A DNA stretch of 64,000 nt from Atribacterota bacterium. GTDB taxonomy: Bacteria; Atribacterota; Phoenicimicrobiia; Phoenicimicrobiales; Stramentimicrobiaceae. Positions 51,204-62,066 of the stretch are shown here, one piece after another; the first letter of the stretch is position 1; each line of letters opens with the position of its first letter. Made by a program: the position numbers and the translations under genes. Location: the NCBI GenBank assembly GCA_040767965.1, contig JAXGNR010000004.1:224001-288000 (forward strand), in the 5' to 3' direction. The notes beneath the pieces were generated by a model that saw nothing but the letters and a program-made list of their open reading frames with translations, was not told the origin of the DNA and did not search any database.

Positions 51204-52442
51204 TCAAAAAAGCCATTCAAGTGAGAAATATAACCCCTGGGAATTTTTAAATAATCCTAATTTGGATTGCTGGTCACCTGTCAGGAAAGAATAGTTAATT
51301 GAGGCTGAAACACTTTCTGTCAACTGGTAATCTACTCCAATAACATTTATCATGCTCGTATCTTGCAGACTTAAAACAGTCACATAAAACGGAGTAAAAT
51401 CACTATCTTCAAATTCTTTTTTGGTATTAAGATAGACATAAGGAGAACAATCATTTCCTTTTTCAAATGGCATTCCATAGATAAATCCTCCGTTAAAATA
51501 CCAGTTTGAATCAGTAGTGTAATCAGCACTTATTACACCTTTAAAATAATGGTTATCCAACAAATCTTCTCCCTGAAATAACCAGTGTTCAGGTATTATA
51601 TAGGCAAGATCTCCCCTTAAGGTAGCCCCTTCGATACCGGGAAATTCTCCCTGGAATTCCAGACCAAGAACCTGTTTGGAGGGATAGCCAACTGTAAATT
51701 CTGTCATGCTATCCGGAGAAATAGAAAGGTTCACTGGAAATGGGTCCATGTAATTTCCGTGGTAATAGCTAATGCCTGCATCAAAGGTTGGGAAACTATG
51801 AGTCAGACGCAATCCCCATATAATATTTTCTGTTTCCTGGTAATTGAGCTTGACCTGGTTAATACCAAGCCCTTGTTCCGGTATTCCTGTAGCATAGCTT
51901 GACAGATAATTACTTTTTAAATATTCATCAGGATAGGGAGTAGGCGTAAGCCAGGGGAGAATAACTCCATACAGATAAGTGGAATTACCCATATAATAAG
52001 AAGCACTAATTCCAAAAGCGCCTATTTTATTTTGTTGTCCTGTTAAGGATATTTCTGGAGGCGAAGGATTGAAATTATCCAGAGGGCTGAAAATATCAGC
52101 AGCTCCCCATCGATTTATTATCTTTCCTGCCTTGAGGTCGAGATTCTCAATAACATTATAAGCACTTATGTAAACCTCATTAGGAAATATTACAAATGGC
52201 TTTCCGAAATTTTTATTAGTTGTCCTAATTATTAAGTCTCCTTCCAGATAGACATCATCTGTAAGTTCATGAAAATAATCAATGTCCAGGGTTAAAGTAT
52301 GATTTATCATCCAAGTAGATAATAGATAGGAAGTATCATATTTTAATGTTTGTGATGTATTAAATGCTATCCCTGAATTGGTAATACCCAAGATAAAAGC
52401 AATTATTAAAAAAATGCCAAGAGAATATTTTAATCTCATCAT
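51204..52442 (-). CDS. Putative outer-membrane beta-barrel protein (DUF1302-like)
   Basis: Signal peptide, LDLKAGKIINRWG..D..SPLD, alternating beta-strand pattern, terminal aromatic LYFSLEWLF. Confidence 0.65.
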   Translation of the reverse strand: MMRLKYSLGIFLIIAFILGITNSGIAFNTSQTLKYDTSYLLSTWMINHTLTLDIDYFHELTDDVYLEGDLIIRTTNKNFGKPFVIFPNEVYISAYNVIENLDLKAGKIINRWGAADIFSPLDNFNPSPPEISLTGQQNKIGAFGISASYYMGNSTYLYGVILPWLTPTPYPDEYLKSNYLSSYATGIPEQGLGINQVKLNYQETENIIWGLRLTHSFPTFDAGISYYHGNYMDPFPVNLSISPDSMTEFTVGYPSKQVLGLEFQGEFPGIEGATLRGDLAYIIPEHWLFQGEDLLDNHYFKGVISADYTTDSNWYFNGGFIYGMPFEKGNDCSPYVYLNTKKEFEDSDFTPFYVTVLSLQDTSMINVIGVDYQLTESVSASINYSFLTGDQQSKLGLFKNSQGLYFSLEWLF

Positions 52443-52463
52443 TATTTTTCCTTTCTTTGCTCT

Positions 52464-53248
52464 CTAAAGGACTGGTTTCTGCAGGGTACGGATACTGAAA
52501 AAGCTAGATGAAAGGTCCAGATCATATTCAATTTCCTTGATATTCATCTGTGTCTGATGATTATCAGACAGATTAGTTATCTGCATTTTCATGGGAGTAA
52601 ATCTTCCCTCATCATCAAATTCTACTTCTTTTATCTCAAGGGTCTTGGTGTGCTGTCCGTTCAGGTCAAAGAATTCCACCTTTTCAACATAGAATTGTTC
52701 TTTATTGACATAGAGGATAAATTTAGTATAGGATAGCTCTTCATCATCAGGTATTATTTCAAGTACATATTGAGTATCGCTTTCTTTTAATAGTTCTTTG
52801 GTATAATTATCATTCTGATAGTCCATGCTAAGGTCTTCATAGGAGAAATCGGTTCCCATGAAGTTTTCCTGCTTGGAAGAGCCTGCAATCCTTCTGGGTT
52901 TTTGATAAGCAGGCATGTAAAGATATATCTTATCACCATTTTCAATACTCAATAATGTTACCCCCTCTACTGACTTGGGTGAGAGAAAGCGCATTAACAT
53001 GGTAATCTTATCATTTTCTTCTTCCTGTTCAAACATGATGATTTCCCTTCTTTCTTCTTTTCCCTCATTGTTGACTAAAACCATCTCAGCCTGGGTTTTA
53101 CTGTTTTTATACTCAGCCTGGTTTTCTTTTACTTTATCCATAATCTCATCAGCAGTCAGCTGAACTGCTCCAGCAGCTAAAGCAATGCTGCCAAACAAAG
53201 CAATAACAACTAATATAATAAAGCAAATATTATAATTTTGTTTAACAT
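52464..53248 (-). CDS. LolA-like outer membrane lipoprotein-sorting protein (signal peptide frameshifted)
   Basis: RFLSP..VEG, YMPA..RRIA..FMGTDFSYEDL; ATG 53248 after AAGGAGG is 1 nt out of frame with the ORF starting 53198. Confidence 0.85.
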
Positions 53249-53249
53249 T

Positions 53250-56021
53250 TTTTCCTCCTTGAATTTAACATTATTTAACAATATTGGTAATAATAGCAAA
53301 GTATATATTACACTTATTAGCATTACACTGGAAATAAGTTTTCCAAAGATTGAAATCATTTCAATCTTTGATAGAATAATATAATTAACCCTGCAGCTAC
53401 AGATATAGAGTTGAAAACAATGGCGCGTCGGTTCCGGTCATGGTATTTTTCATTGCGTCAATTCTATTATTCTTTTTTAATTCATCCTTATAACGATTTA
53501 TAAAATGGATAGTATAGTCAATACCGGCCCCAATGGCTACGCTTGCCACCATCATAGTGCCTATGTTCAGTGAGATATTTGTTATTCCCATAACACCAAA
53601 GGAAGTGAGGATAGTCAGTAATATGGGTATCATTGCAACAAGCCCAATCCAGATAGAACCGAACTGGAAAGATAATAATATAAATACTGCAACAAAAGCA
53701 GTCAACATACTTTTGATTTGTCCCTGGTAAACACTGTCATTTACCCGATTTGTAATAACGGGCATACCAGTAAGATTAAAAGAATAAGTAATTTCTCCGT
53801 CAGGATCAGCTACATAGACATAATCATCAGTCAGGTACCAGAGATAATTGAAATTATCCGGGCTTAGCTGAAAAGTTATCATACTGGATATTTGCTCATG
53901 GGCATACTGGATTTTCCTCTTCTCTCCTGCAATGGCAATAGAACTGTCAATGACATCTATTAAGTATTCAACGTCATATTCTGAGATATCCATCTGTTTT
54001 GTTAGCTCATTCATAAATAGTGTATCATCAAGATTGGATTGCAGGTATCTGGTGATAACAGGTTCTATCTCGATACCTGTTATACCGAAGTCTTCCAGCT
54101 CTAAAGATGATAAGCTGATTATTTCTTTGGTGAAGTCCTCATCTGCCTGGATAAACTCTATATCAGCAAGTCCGGCAATTCTAATCAGCTCTTCTTTTAA
54201 TTTTTCTATCGGTGCCTGATTAAAATCTATTCCATTTGCCTGCCAGGAGGTGATAATTTCTTCTGCAATATAGGGATAGTATTGCTCTCTTTCCTCAGGG
54301 GATAATTGATTTATGTCAATTTGTTTAACTGTCTTCGGAATTTGCTGGATAAATTCACTGACTTCCCGGATGGATTGTTCAACAACAAGAGAAGTCATCT
54401 CTTTTGAACGCACTTGCAGTACTGTGCTTTGACCATCATCTTTAATCATAGAATCAATAAATTCATTGCCTTCTGCAAAAAACCAGAGATTATCTATTTT
54501 AGCTGGATTGGCAGGAATAATCTTTTTATTTTCCATTGCCTCATTTAGCTGTGTTAAGAAGATACTAATGGAAGCTGGCTGAGAAAGAGAGGGCAATCTT
54601 TTGGCAAAGTTTTGAATTTTATCAATACTTCTTAATATATAAGGATGCTTGACATTTTCTGCTTCAGTATACACATATAAAAAATCAACGCCACCAAATT
54701 TGTTTTTAAAGTAATCCATGCTTTTTGTGATAGGATTATTCAAGCCTAACCTGGCTTCGATTGATGAGTCTGGTTTTACTTGAGTCACATAGAACCCTGA
54801 AATAATAACAACAACTATAATAATGCTAATAAGCAAACCCTTTTTCCTGACAATCGAATTTGCTAAAAAATTAAGAAAACTAGTTATCAAGTCTTCCGAA
54901 TGATGAGAGAAATTTTCCGGTACTTTTTTTGGAGCAAAGACACTAAAAATTGCCCCAAGGAAAAAAATTACCAGCAGAAATGCAACAAAAATTCCGATTG
55001 TGGCAAAAATCCCAAATTCGGTCATTGGTATAATGATAGCAGTAATAAGAGAAGCAAAACCAGCCATCGTAGTTAACGCACTCATCATAATAGGAACAAC
55101 TGAATATTCTATTGCCTTTTCAATAGCTTTTTCAGGAGCAAAATATTGCCTTTCTTCATAGTATCGACTGATAAAATGAATACCATATGCAGTTACCAGG
55201 GAGAGCATGACTACCGGAATTACTGATATAATAATAGTCACTGTTTTGCCGGAGGCAGCAATTGATCCCAGCAGTAAAAGAGAAGAGAGAATTGCAACCA
55301 GTGCCGGAAAGATTGTTCCTTGAATGCTTCTAAAGCTATAATATAAAAGAGCAAGAATAACAATAGCTGCAATTACTACTAAAGACATATTATCAGTAGC
55401 CATTTCAGTGATTTGTGCATCCATAATTGGATAGCCGTGGTATACAACATTTTTTCCATTTTCTAAATTTTCCTGTACAATGCCCTCAATTTCATTTTTT
55501 AGTATGGAACCATCAATTTCAGGCACAGATTCAACCATTAACAAGACTGCCTGACCGTCTGGTGATAAGTATGAGCCCAGGATCAATTCATCTTCATATG
55601 CATCTAGTTGCAGTTGTTGGGCTTCCTGTTGGGTTTTCGGAAAAACTTCAACAAATTCTCTTACTTCAATACCAAAGTCTGTTGCAATAATTTTGGGCAT
55701 GCTTAAGAATGAATTTACTGAATTAATATAATCAGATTTTTCCAGCTTTTCAGAAATATATTTAAAGTTTTGCAGGTTTTCTAATTTAAATAAATCATCA
55801 TATTCTATAGCAATCAGGATAATGTTTTCATCATTACTGCCAAACTTCTCTGAAATTTCTTTATAGAATTCAATTTCCGGATCACCTTCAGCCAGGTATT
55901 CAGTAATATCATCATCTACTATTAAGTTTCTGATTTGAGATAAGCTGAATATGCTTAAAATGATCGTGATAACTATAATTAATTTTGCATATTTTCTAAT
56001 AAAAGATGCCATTTTTTTCAT
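53250..56021 (-). CDS. MMPL/RND family transporter; C-terminal helices broken by frameshifts near 53370-53430
   Basis: Two RND repeats (YGIHFISRY, TTMAGF; GIDYTIHFINRY); shifted frames continue as GRAIVFNSISVAAG and SIFGKLISSVMLISVIYTLLLLP. Confidence 0.85.
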
Positions 56022-56061
56022 ATATAAACTCCGTTTTTGCATTTATTTTCAGGGAAAAAGA

Positions 56062-56676
56062 TTAATTAATCATTAAATCACTATCATCTTTAATAAGGCC
56101 CGAAATGATGAATTTTGACATCATATTTACTACTTCATCTGTAGAATAAGGAAGTTGAGCAATTGTTTCCGGGTTTATTACAGTTTGAATAGTATTTAGA
56201 ATCAGCAAAACTAAGATGTTGATGTCAATATCCTGGCGGATAGCACCTTCCTTTTTTGCCTTAAAGATTAGCTCCTCCAGCTTCTTATTGATTGTTTTTT
56301 CTCTAAGATTCTTTATTTTTTGCCATGCCTCCGGGTTGCTTTTGCTAATATCTTTAAAAGCATAAATATTGAATATTGCTAGTTGTTCTTGAATTAAACC
56401 AATAAACATTTTTAGCGTACCCAGCCCTTGAGTGTTTTGATTAGTCGTAATTTGGTTAAGTTTATTTTGAAATTCCTGAAAAAAATCTTTGATTACTGCT
56501 TTTAATAAAAAATCTTTACTTTTAAATAATTGATAAATAGTTCTTTTACTCATATTTAATTCTTCAGCTATTTCATCCATGGTTATTTTGGAGAAACCTA
56601 CACCAAAGAACAATCTTCTGGAAGCCAGGAGAATTTTTTTTCTTGTATAAATTTGTTTTTCTTGTAAAGTATCCAT
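56062..56676 (-). CDS. TetR/AcrR family transcriptional regulator
   Basis: GFSKITMDEIAEELNMSKRTIYQLFKSK. Confidence 0.93.
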   Translation of the reverse strand: MDTLQEKQIYTRKKILLASRRLFFGVGFSKITMDEIAEELNMSKRTIYQLFKSKDFLLKAVIKDFFQEFQNKLNQITTNQNTQGLGTLKMFIGLIQEQLAIFNIYAFKDISKSNPEAWQKIKNLREKTINKKLEELIFKAKKEGAIRQDIDINILVLLILNTIQTVINPETIAQLPYSTDEVVNMMSKFIISGLIKDDSDLMIN

Positions 56677-56695
56677 AATATTAACCAATAATTAT

Positions 56696-56721
56696 AAAAC
56701 TATATAAGTTTTTATAGTTTT
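56696..56721. promoter_or_regulatory. Candidate TetR operator
   Basis: AAAACTATA-8 nt-TATAGTTTT palindrome between the tetR promoter and start. Confidence 0.55.
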
Positions 56722-56730
56722 CTTGGATAA

Positions 56731-56759
56731 ATAATAGAAGATATCTGCTTTGTTGTCAA
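56731..56759 (-). promoter_or_regulatory. Promoter of the tetR-MMPL operon
   Basis: Minus strand TTGACA-17 bp-TATTAT. Confidence 0.65.
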
Positions 56760-56821
56760 ATTTATTGTCAAATATTTTCTAATGAAGATGTATCTCTATC
56801 TTCAGATTATTCCTTAAGTAT

Positions 56822-56850
56822 TTGACAGAGTTTCCTGAATTACCTAAAAT
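56822..56850 (+). promoter_or_regulatory. Promoter of yicC-remA-gmk
   Basis: TTGACA-17 bp-TAAAAT. Confidence 0.75.
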
Positions 56851-56884
56851 AATTGTAAAATCATCTCATTGAAAGGAGAATTCT

Positions 56885-57760
56885 TTGGTAAAAAGCATGA
56901 CTGGTTTTGGAGTAGGTGAATTTGAAGTAAATGGCATTAAATCCAAAGTAGAGATAAAATCAATTAACAATCGCTATTGTGACATTAAAGTAAAAATGCC
57001 TCTTCAATCTTTGGATATTTTACAAAGAATTGAAAATATTATTCAGCAGAAAATTAGCCGAGGGAGCATTAATGTCTTAATAAAAACTGAAATAAGCAGT
57101 GAAAAAATTACAAATATAAAATTGAATGAAGAGTTATTGCAGTCTTATTTAAAATCTTTTCAGAGATTAAAAGAAATAACTCAGATAGATGAAGAAATTA
57201 CCCTTGATTCTCTATTACGCTATAAAGAGATTTTTGAATTTGTAAAAGAAGACGAAGGTGAAGATTTGTGGGAATCTATCAAGATATCCCTGGAAACAGC
57301 AATGGAAAAACTTGCAGAAAGTAGAGAAATTGAAGGAGATAAACTGATTAAAGATATTTTAAAAAGATTAGATAAAATGAAGGTTATTATTTTAGAAATT
57401 GAAAAAAATAAAAACCAGTATCTGCAAAACTATCAGGAAAAATTAGAGGAAAAAATTTTTCAAATCGGCCAAAATATTTCTTTAGAACAAGGAAGAGTAG
57501 AGATGGAAGTATCTATTCTGGCGCAGAAAAGTGACATTACGGAAGAAATTATTAGACTAAAAAGTCATTTAAGTCAGCTAAAAAAAATAGCAAAAAATGT
57601 TAATCCCATTGGAAGAAAAATTGAATTTTATGTGCAGGAAGTTGGAAGAGAGATAAATACTATTGGTGCCAAAACTAATGATAAAATCATCTCTTCAAGA
57701 GTTATAAAATTAAAAGAAGAACTAGAAAAAATTAAAGAACAAGCAAGAAATATTGAATAA
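56885..57760 (+). CDS. yicC: YicC/YloC family endoribonuclease
   Basis: SMTGFG, SINNRY, DITEEIIRL.SH, REINTIGAK, EQARNIE. Confidence 0.95.
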   Translation: MVKSMTGFGVGEFEVNGIKSKVEIKSINNRYCDIKVKMPLQSLDILQRIENIIQQKISRGSINVLIKTEISSEKITNIKLNEELLQSYLKSFQRLKEITQIDEEITLDSLLRYKEIFEFVKEDEGEDLWESIKISLETAMEKLAESREIEGDKLIKDILKRLDKMKVIILEIEKNKNQYLQNYQEKLEEKIFQIGQNISLEQGRVEMEVSILAQKSDITEEIIRLKSHLSQLKKIAKNVNPIGRKIEFYVQEVGREINTIGAKTNDKIISSRVIKLKEELEKIKEQARNIE

Positions 57761-57769
57761 TGCAGGAGA

Positions 57770-58036
57770 ATGATGATGAGTTTTTTTATGATGAATATAG
57801 GTTTTGGAAATTTTGTAAATTCTGACCGGGTGATAGCGATTCTGGATCCGGATTCAGCTCCAATGAAAAGATTAAGAGAAGAAGCCAAACAGTCTAAAAA
57901 ATTAATTAATGCTACCTATGGCAGAAGAACTCGTTCTGTCCTGATTACAGATAGTAATCAGGTGGTTCTATCTGCTCTTCAACCGGAGACTATAATCAAT
58001 AGATTAACAAGTTACCAGAAAAAAGAGAATAACTAA
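57770..58036 (+). CDS. remA: RemA/DUF370 protein
   Basis: [33 protein letters not shown]. Confidence 0.93.
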   Translation: MMMSFFMMNIGFGNFVNSDRVIAILDPDSAPMKRLREEAKQSKKLINATYGRRTRSVLITDSNQVVLSALQPETIINRLTSYQKKENN

Positions 58037-58040
58037 AATA

Positions 58041-58634
58041 ATGGATACAATGATAGATAAACCAAAAGGGCATTTATTTGTCATTTCCGGACCTTCAGGG
58101 GTAGGCAAGGGAACTTTAAGAGAAAAATTGTTTAAAAATGTTCCCAATTTAAATTATTCCATTTCGCTTACTACCAGAAGACCAAGAAAAAATGAAGAAG
58201 ATGGGGTAGATTATTTTTTTGTAAATGAGGAAACATTTAAAGAGTATATAAGGGAAAATAAGTTTGCTGAATGGGCTTTAGTGCATGGCGATTACAAGGG
58301 CACTCTTTTAAGCACAATAGAAAAAAATTTACAACAGGGGAAAGACTTAGTCCTGGAGATTGATGTGCAGGGAGCTATAAATCTGAAAGAAAAATTTCCA
58401 GAAGGTGTTTTTATATTCATTGCTCCACCATCCTGGGAGCAGCTGGAGAACAGATTAAGAGGTAGAAACACTGAAAAAGAAGAAGATTTAAAAAAAAGAT
58501 TAGCAGATGCACATAACGAGATGCAGCAAATTAAACATTATGACTATCTGGTAATCAATAATTATTTACCTGAAGCATTAAAAGAATTGGAAGCGATTAT
58601 TATTAGTGAGAGATGCAAGATAAGAGGAGAATAG
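58041..58634 (+). CDS. gmk: Guanylate kinase
   Basis: SGPSGVGKGT, TTRRPR, DYFF, EIDVQG. Confidence 0.97.
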   Translation: MDTMIDKPKGHLFVISGPSGVGKGTLREKLFKNVPNLNYSISLTTRRPRKNEEDGVDYFFVNEETFKEYIRENKFAEWALVHGDYKGTLLSTIEKNLQQGKDLVLEIDVQGAINLKEKFPEGVFIFIAPPSWEQLENRLRGRNTEKEEDLKKRLADAHNEMQQIKHYDYLVINNYLPEALKELEAIIISERCKIRGE

Positions 58635-58776
58635 TCTGTAATTTTTTTTAATATATTTAAAGTATTGCACAAGAATAGGTAAGTAGCATTTTTATAAGAT
58701 ATTATATATAATAAGATGTTCAAAATAATTACCCTTAATAAAAAACTATATTAAAATAAGATCGGTATTCTATATT

Positions 58777-60021
58777 ATGAGATTTACAGATAAAAATAAA
58801 AACCAAAAAACCAATATTGTTCTTGGAGTAACTGGCGGCATAGCAGCTTATAAGAGTGCAGAATTAGTAAGATTGCTGAAAAAAGATGGTTTTAATGTAC
58901 GAATAATAATGACAAAAAATGCCCGGCAATTTATTACTCCACTTACCTTAGCAGTTTTATCTGAAAATAAAGTATACACAGAACTGTTTTCTAAAGACCA
59001 GGAAGATGAAGAAATAAGACATATTTCTTTAGCTCATTGGGCTGATCTTTTTGTAATTGCACCTGCTACAGCAAATGTAATTGCCAAAATAGCACTGGGA
59101 ATGGCTGATGATTTGTTGACATCTTCTATACTGGCATTCCAGGGGCCGGTTATATTTGCTCCGTCAATGAATACTGTCATGATCAGCAATTCTTTATATT
59201 TAAAAAATGCTGACACTCTTATCAGCAAAGGATATAGCTTTATAGATGCTGAAAAAGGTGTGCTAGCTTGTGGTGATTATGGCAGTGGTCGCCTGGCTGA
59301 TCCAGTTAAAATTGTTAATTATATTAAAAAAAAGATTAACCCAGAACTTTTTTTGGCAGATAAAAAAATATTAATCACAGCCTCAGCAACCAGAGAGCCT
59401 ATTGATGATATTCGATTTATTTCAAATCCCTCGACTGGTAAAATGGGATTTGCGTTAGCACAAGCAGCCCGAGATAGAGGGGCACAGGTAACATTAATTA
59501 CCGGGCCTACTAATTTGCAGGATATAACAGGAATAAAAACAATACATATTACAACTGCTTCAGAAATGTATGAACAGGTAGAATTTTTTTTTGATAGTAC
59601 TGATATATTTATTTCTGCGGCAGCAGTGACTGATTTTAAGCCTATTAATTATGTTGCAGGAAAAATTAAAAAAGATTTAGTGCAAAATATGAATTTGCAA
59701 CTTGAAAAAAATATTGATATTCTTAAAACTGTCAGTAAAAAAAAGGAAAAGCAAATCTTGGTTGGTTTTGCGGCTGAAGTACAGGATTTGCTTACAAATG
59801 CATGCAGTAAGTTGAAATCTAAGAATTTAGATTTTATAGTCGCTAATGATGTGAGTAGAATCGATAGCGGGTTTGCAGTTGATACTAATAAAGTATTTTT
59901 AATTGATAAAGATAATAATCAGATTGAATTTCCTTTGCTGACAAAACTTGAGCTTGCAGAGCGTATTTTCGATTGTCTGCAAGAGTATTTAAAAAAGCAG
60001 AACAATGGTTTTACAGAATAA
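58777..60021 (+). CDS. coaBC: Phosphopantothenoylcysteine decarboxylase/ligase
   Basis: GVTGGIAAYK, APATAN, LACGDYG, RFISNPSTGKMG, VGFAAE. Confidence 0.96.
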   Translation: MRFTDKNKNQKTNIVLGVTGGIAAYKSAELVRLLKKDGFNVRIIMTKNARQFITPLTLAVLSENKVYTELFSKDQEDEEIRHISLAHWADLFVIAPATANVIAKIALGMADDLLTSSILAFQGPVIFAPSMNTVMISNSLYLKNADTLISKGYSFIDAEKGVLACGDYGSGRLADPVKIVNYIKKKINPELFLADKKILITASATREPIDDIRFISNPSTGKMGFALAQAARDRGAQVTLITGPTNLQDITGIKTIHITTASEMYEQVEFFFDSTDIFISAAAVTDFKPINYVAGKIKKDLVQNMNLQLEKNIDILKTVSKKKEKQILVGFAAEVQDLLTNACSKLKSKNLDFIVANDVSRIDSGFAVDTNKVFLIDKDNNQIEFPLLTKLELAERIFDCLQEYLKKQNNGFTE

Positions 60022-62057
60022 TGAACAATAAAAATAATGTCGCAGAGGTAATTCCTCTAAAGATGCCTTTAGAAAAGATTTTTCATTATCTAGTACCTGC
60101 TGATTTAACTGAAAAAACGAAAATTGGTCAAAGAGTAAAAATATCTTTCGGTAATCAGGAAAGACTTGGAATAATAATTAACCTGACCAGTAAGTCTGAT
60201 GTGGAAAATCTTAAAGAGATAAAAGAAATTGTTGACATTTTCCCCTTAGTATCCCCTGCAGTTATTCAGCTAATAAATTGGATTTCAGAATATTATTTAT
60301 GTCCAAAAGGAGTTATCTACAATCATATTATACCTTCTAAATTATCCAAAAAGAAAACTATTTCAATTTTAAATGGCTTTCCAGAGTTTAAAAATAAGAA
60401 TATAAAGATGAATTACCCGGAAAGTGAAGCAAATTCTATAATAGTTAATTGTGAGAAGAATGAAGATAAAAATGATTCTGATAGAGCTAGAACAATACTA
60501 TTTCAATATCAAAATCTGTTAACAAGAGACAGATATTATCAAAAGCTGATTGATAGTACATTAAAAAAAGGCAAACAAATTTTAATCCTGGTCCCGGACC
60601 AGTGGAGCTATTCTCAGTTCAAGAAAAAATTAAATAAAAAATATGGGGAAATAGCAGGTCTTTTCGATAAAAAAGTAACACAGACAGAAAAATATTTACG
60701 CTTTTTGAAAGTAGCATCTGGGGAAATAAAAATAGTATTAGGAACCAGGTCTAATATCTTCTTACCTTTTCAAAAATTAGGACTTATCATAGTGGATCAG
60801 GAAAATTCTGCTTTATACAAAGAAGAAAGAAGCCCCAGATATAATGCTAAAAAAGTTGCTCTAGCCAGAGGAGCCATAGAGAATTTTCCAATTATTTTAG
60901 GAAGCTCTGCTCCGGCAATAGAAAGTTATCAACAAGTCCTGGTAAAAAATTATCAACTAAAAAGAGAAAAGGATACTTTTCAAAATCTTTCAAAATTACC
61001 GAAGATAGAAATTATTAATATGGAAGAAGAAAAGTCTTTTCAAAGAATAATTAGTTTTAAATTGCAACAATCAATTATACAATGCTTAAGACAAAAAGAA
61101 AAAATAATTTTATTCATAAACAGGAGAGGTTTTGCAGGTTATCTTATTTGCTCTCATTGTGGAAATGTAGTAAAATGTCCTGATTGTGGGAATCTATTAT
61201 CTTACCATCTGGAAAATAATAAAGATATGGTTCTTTGTCATGAATGTGGTAAAAAAATACCAATGAAAAAGAAATGTTCTCATTGCGGAAGAGTAAAAAT
61301 AAAACCACTGGGGTTTGGTACTCAACATGCTGAAGTTTTAATCAAAAGAATGTTTCCAAGAGCAATTATCCGCAGATTAGATATAGATGTAGCACCAAAG
61401 AGGATTATGCAAAAAAAAATTGTTAATGAATTTAACAAAGGAGAAATAGACATCCTGATTGGTACTCAATTGATATTTCAAGAAATTAACTTTGAAAAAG
61501 CAGGCTTATTAGCTTTGCTGTTTGCTGATCATATGCTTAATATTACCGATTATAGTTCAGCTGAACTATCTTATCAGTTTATAAAGAAATTAATCCTCTT
61601 TTTAACCCAAAAAGAGAAAGAGAAAAGCCTGATTATTCAAACCTATCAGCCTGATCATTATATTTTTGAGGCTATAAAAAACAGAGATTATAATTATTTT
61701 TACCAGGAAGAAACTAAAATTAGGAGAGAACTAGATTACCCGCCTTTTACAAAAATTATTAAAATAGATTTTTTTGGGGAAAAAGAAGAAAAAGTAAAAC
61801 AGGAAGCAGTTTGCTTTTTGGAATTTTTAGAAAAATCAGCATTGCTGGATAAATCAGGATTAGACGCTGCTATAAACAAAGATAACTTGGCTGTTATTAA
61901 AGAAAAAGAAAAAAACAAAATAATTTTTACATTAAAAGTAGATTTAACCAAAAACGATTTGGCTACTCTAAAGAGGAGTTTATTAAAATATAATATCAAA
62001 AATCAATTCTCTGAAGTTAGAATGACAATTGATATTGATCCTATAAAGATGTCTTAG
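60021..62057 (+). CDS. priA: Primosomal protein N' (PriA) with degenerate helicase motifs
   Basis: 3'-DNA-binding domain, PRYNA, NRRGF, four CxxC, GTQ, YPPF, IDIDP; conserved coaBC-priA-def-fmt synteny. Confidence 0.9.
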   Translation: MNNKNNVAEVIPLKMPLEKIFHYLVPADLTEKTKIGQRVKISFGNQERLGIIINLTSKSDVENLKEIKEIVDIFPLVSPAVIQLINWISEYYLCPKGVIYNHIIPSKLSKKKTISILNGFPEFKNKNIKMNYPESEANSIIVNCEKNEDKNDSDRARTILFQYQNLLTRDRYYQKLIDSTLKKGKQILILVPDQWSYSQFKKKLNKKYGEIAGLFDKKVTQTEKYLRFLKVASGEIKIVLGTRSNIFLPFQKLGLIIVDQENSALYKEERSPRYNAKKVALARGAIENFPIILGSSAPAIESYQQVLVKNYQLKREKDTFQNLSKLPKIEIINMEEEKSFQRIISFKLQQSIIQCLRQKEKIILFINRRGFAGYLICSHCGNVVKCPDCGNLLSYHLENNKDMVLCHECGKKIPMKKKCSHCGRVKIKPLGFGTQHAEVLIKRMFPRAIIRRLDIDVAPKRIMQKKIVNEFNKGEIDILIGTQLIFQEINFEKAGLLALLFADHMLNITDYSSAELSYQFIKKLILFLTQKEKEKSLIIQTYQPDHYIFEAIKNRDYNYFYQEETKIRRELDYPPFTKIIKIDFFGEKEEKVKQEAVCFLEFLEKSALLDKSGLDAAINKDNLAVIKEKEKNKIIFTLKVDLTKNDLATLKRSLLKYNIKNQFSEVRMTIDIDPIKMS

Positions 62058-62066
62058 GAGGATAAA

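Noticed and set aside
291-61999. Many antisense or overlapping short ORFs in the track (e.g. 719-1279, 5094-5540, 6535-6969, 19134-19640, 26123-26509)
   Set aside because: They shadow well-supported genes on the opposite strand or frame and have no recognisable motifs
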